DNA of 64,000 nucleotides from an uncultured Selenomonadales bacterium (GTDB lineage Bacteria; Bacillota; Negativicutes; Selenomonadales; Selenomonadaceae): NCBI GenBank assembly GCA_900321035.1, contig ONUH01000011.1, positions 15,050 to 79,049 of the forward strand, read 5' to 3'. Shown piece by piece: positions 63,141 to 64,000 of this stretch (position 1 is its first letter; each line of letters starts with the position of its first letter). The notes under the pieces were generated by a model. It saw only the letters and a program-made list of their open reading frames with translations, ran no database searches and was not told where the DNA came from. The position numbers and the translations under genes were made by a program.

Positions 63141-64000
63141 TCAAATGAACAACTTCGCAATGAAATAGGTGACGAACATCACAGCGGCCGCCGCCCCTGC
63201 AAAGTACATCATCGCCTTCTGCTTGTCGTAGGGCAGGCTGCCGACGAATTTTCCAGTCTGGCCGTTCATCATGAAAGTATACGGCTGGCCGTTGTAACGC
63301 GTCGTCAGGATCCAGACCGGCACCATCGCATACGAGACGTTGCCGCCCGATTTGATGACGGCGGAGGATTCCGTCGAACAGTTGTCGTAGCCCTCCACGG
63401 TATCCTGCAGGACTTCGATGGCACTGGCCTCCACGCGCTTGTCCGCGCGCGGCACCGACGTCTCGGCGTCCTCGTCGTACTTGTCCGCCAGGTAGCCGGT
63501 AAAGTACGCGGCGCTGAACGGCACCAGTTCGCTGTAATCAAAGGGCTCGATGCTTTCCATATAATCGTTGTCCATCTTAGAGCTGCCGTCCACCGGAATC
63601 TTCTCGAAGTCCATGGTACCGCTGCGGGTGCAGCTGTAAACGCTGGTCTCGGTAATCGTCTCGTCGGAGGTGTCGATCACGTTGACACTCTCCGCGCGGA
63701 ACTCCGCATGGGCTTCTACGCTGGAATCGAACAGCCAAAACGGGACGTACATCGGCTGGATGTCCTCGACGCGGTTGTTCGCGGTAAACGCGTCCGGCAG
63801 CAGCCGTTTCCCTTTGTAAAATTCCTTCAGCGCCGCCACCGCGTCCTGCTTCGTCTTCTTGAACGGAATCACGAAGTCGGGCTTCAGCATGCCGCTGAAA
63901 CGGTTCGGCAGCATGGTCGGGTTGCCGCAGTAGCAGCACTCCGTCGCCATCGTGTTCTCGTCGGCGACGATCTCCGCGCCGCAGGAGGAGCAGGTGAAGG
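63141..64000 (-). CDS. Zinc-ribbon, C-terminally membrane-anchored protein (5' end beyond right edge)
   Basis: The frame stays open upstream of the listed Met: hand translation of 63951-64000 gives ...FTCSSCGAEIVADENT-MATECCYCGNP, i.e. two CxxC pairs. C-terminal TM MMYFAGAAAAVMFVTYFIA. Confidence 0.6.
   Translation of the reverse strand, partial: FTCSSCGAEIVADENTMATECCYCGNPTMLPNRFSGMLKPDFVIPFKKTKQDAVAALKEFYKGKRLLPDAFTANNRVEDIQPMYVPFWLFDSSVEAHAEFRAESVNVIDTSDETITETSVYSCTRSGTMDFEKIPVDGSSKMDNDYMESIEPFDYSELVPFSAAYFTGYLADKYDEDAETSVPRADKRVEASAIEVLQDTVEGYDNCSTESSAVIKSGGNVSYAMVPVWILTTRYNGQPYTFMMNGQTGKFVGSLPYDKQKAMMYFAGAAAAVMFVTYFIAKLFI

Overview
High-GC Firmicutes-type (Clostridia-like) chromosome segment; all calls come from reading the ORF translations and DNA by eye, with no searches run. 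(1) 1-27.7 kb is the early, replication, packaging and head part of an HK97-type siphovirus-like prophage, all on the minus strand. Its tail/lysis side runs off the left edge, and no integrase, repressor or lysis gene is in the window. About 9.6 kb of accessory genes sit between terS and terL: two DNA methyltransferases, an amidoligase/GGCT pair, DUF4417, and a duplicated ADP-ribosyltransferase-like cassette. (2) 27.8-37.0 kb is a visibly AT-richer island transcribed divergently from the phage early genes. It holds a tightly coupled three-gene cassette (HNH-like zinc-finger protein, 76-aa protein, DUF2326/SMC-like ABC ATPase; ABC-three-component type), then an XRE HTH gene and a complete type I R-M operon (hsdM-hsdS-hsdR). 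This cassette is my best candidate for the uncharacterised system. (3) 37.2-43.0 kb has two paralogous Y-family polymerase/YolD cassettes bracketing LUD-domain, Cys-rich and HU genes. (4) 43.05-50.63 kb is a 7.5-kb segment flanked by ~80-100-bp direct repeats, the right one overlapping the start of a LMW phosphatase gene. It carries TetR-HlyD-ABC-2 permease genes, glycerate kinase, a C_GCAxxG protein and decayed gene/IS remnants. (5) 50.6-64 kb is ordinary chromosome: an EAL / BMP-like / hybrid kinase / CheY operon, LarA-like, UbiX and envelope proteins. I found no tRNA, rRNA or CRISPR array. Many long ORFs in the track are antisense shadows of real genes.
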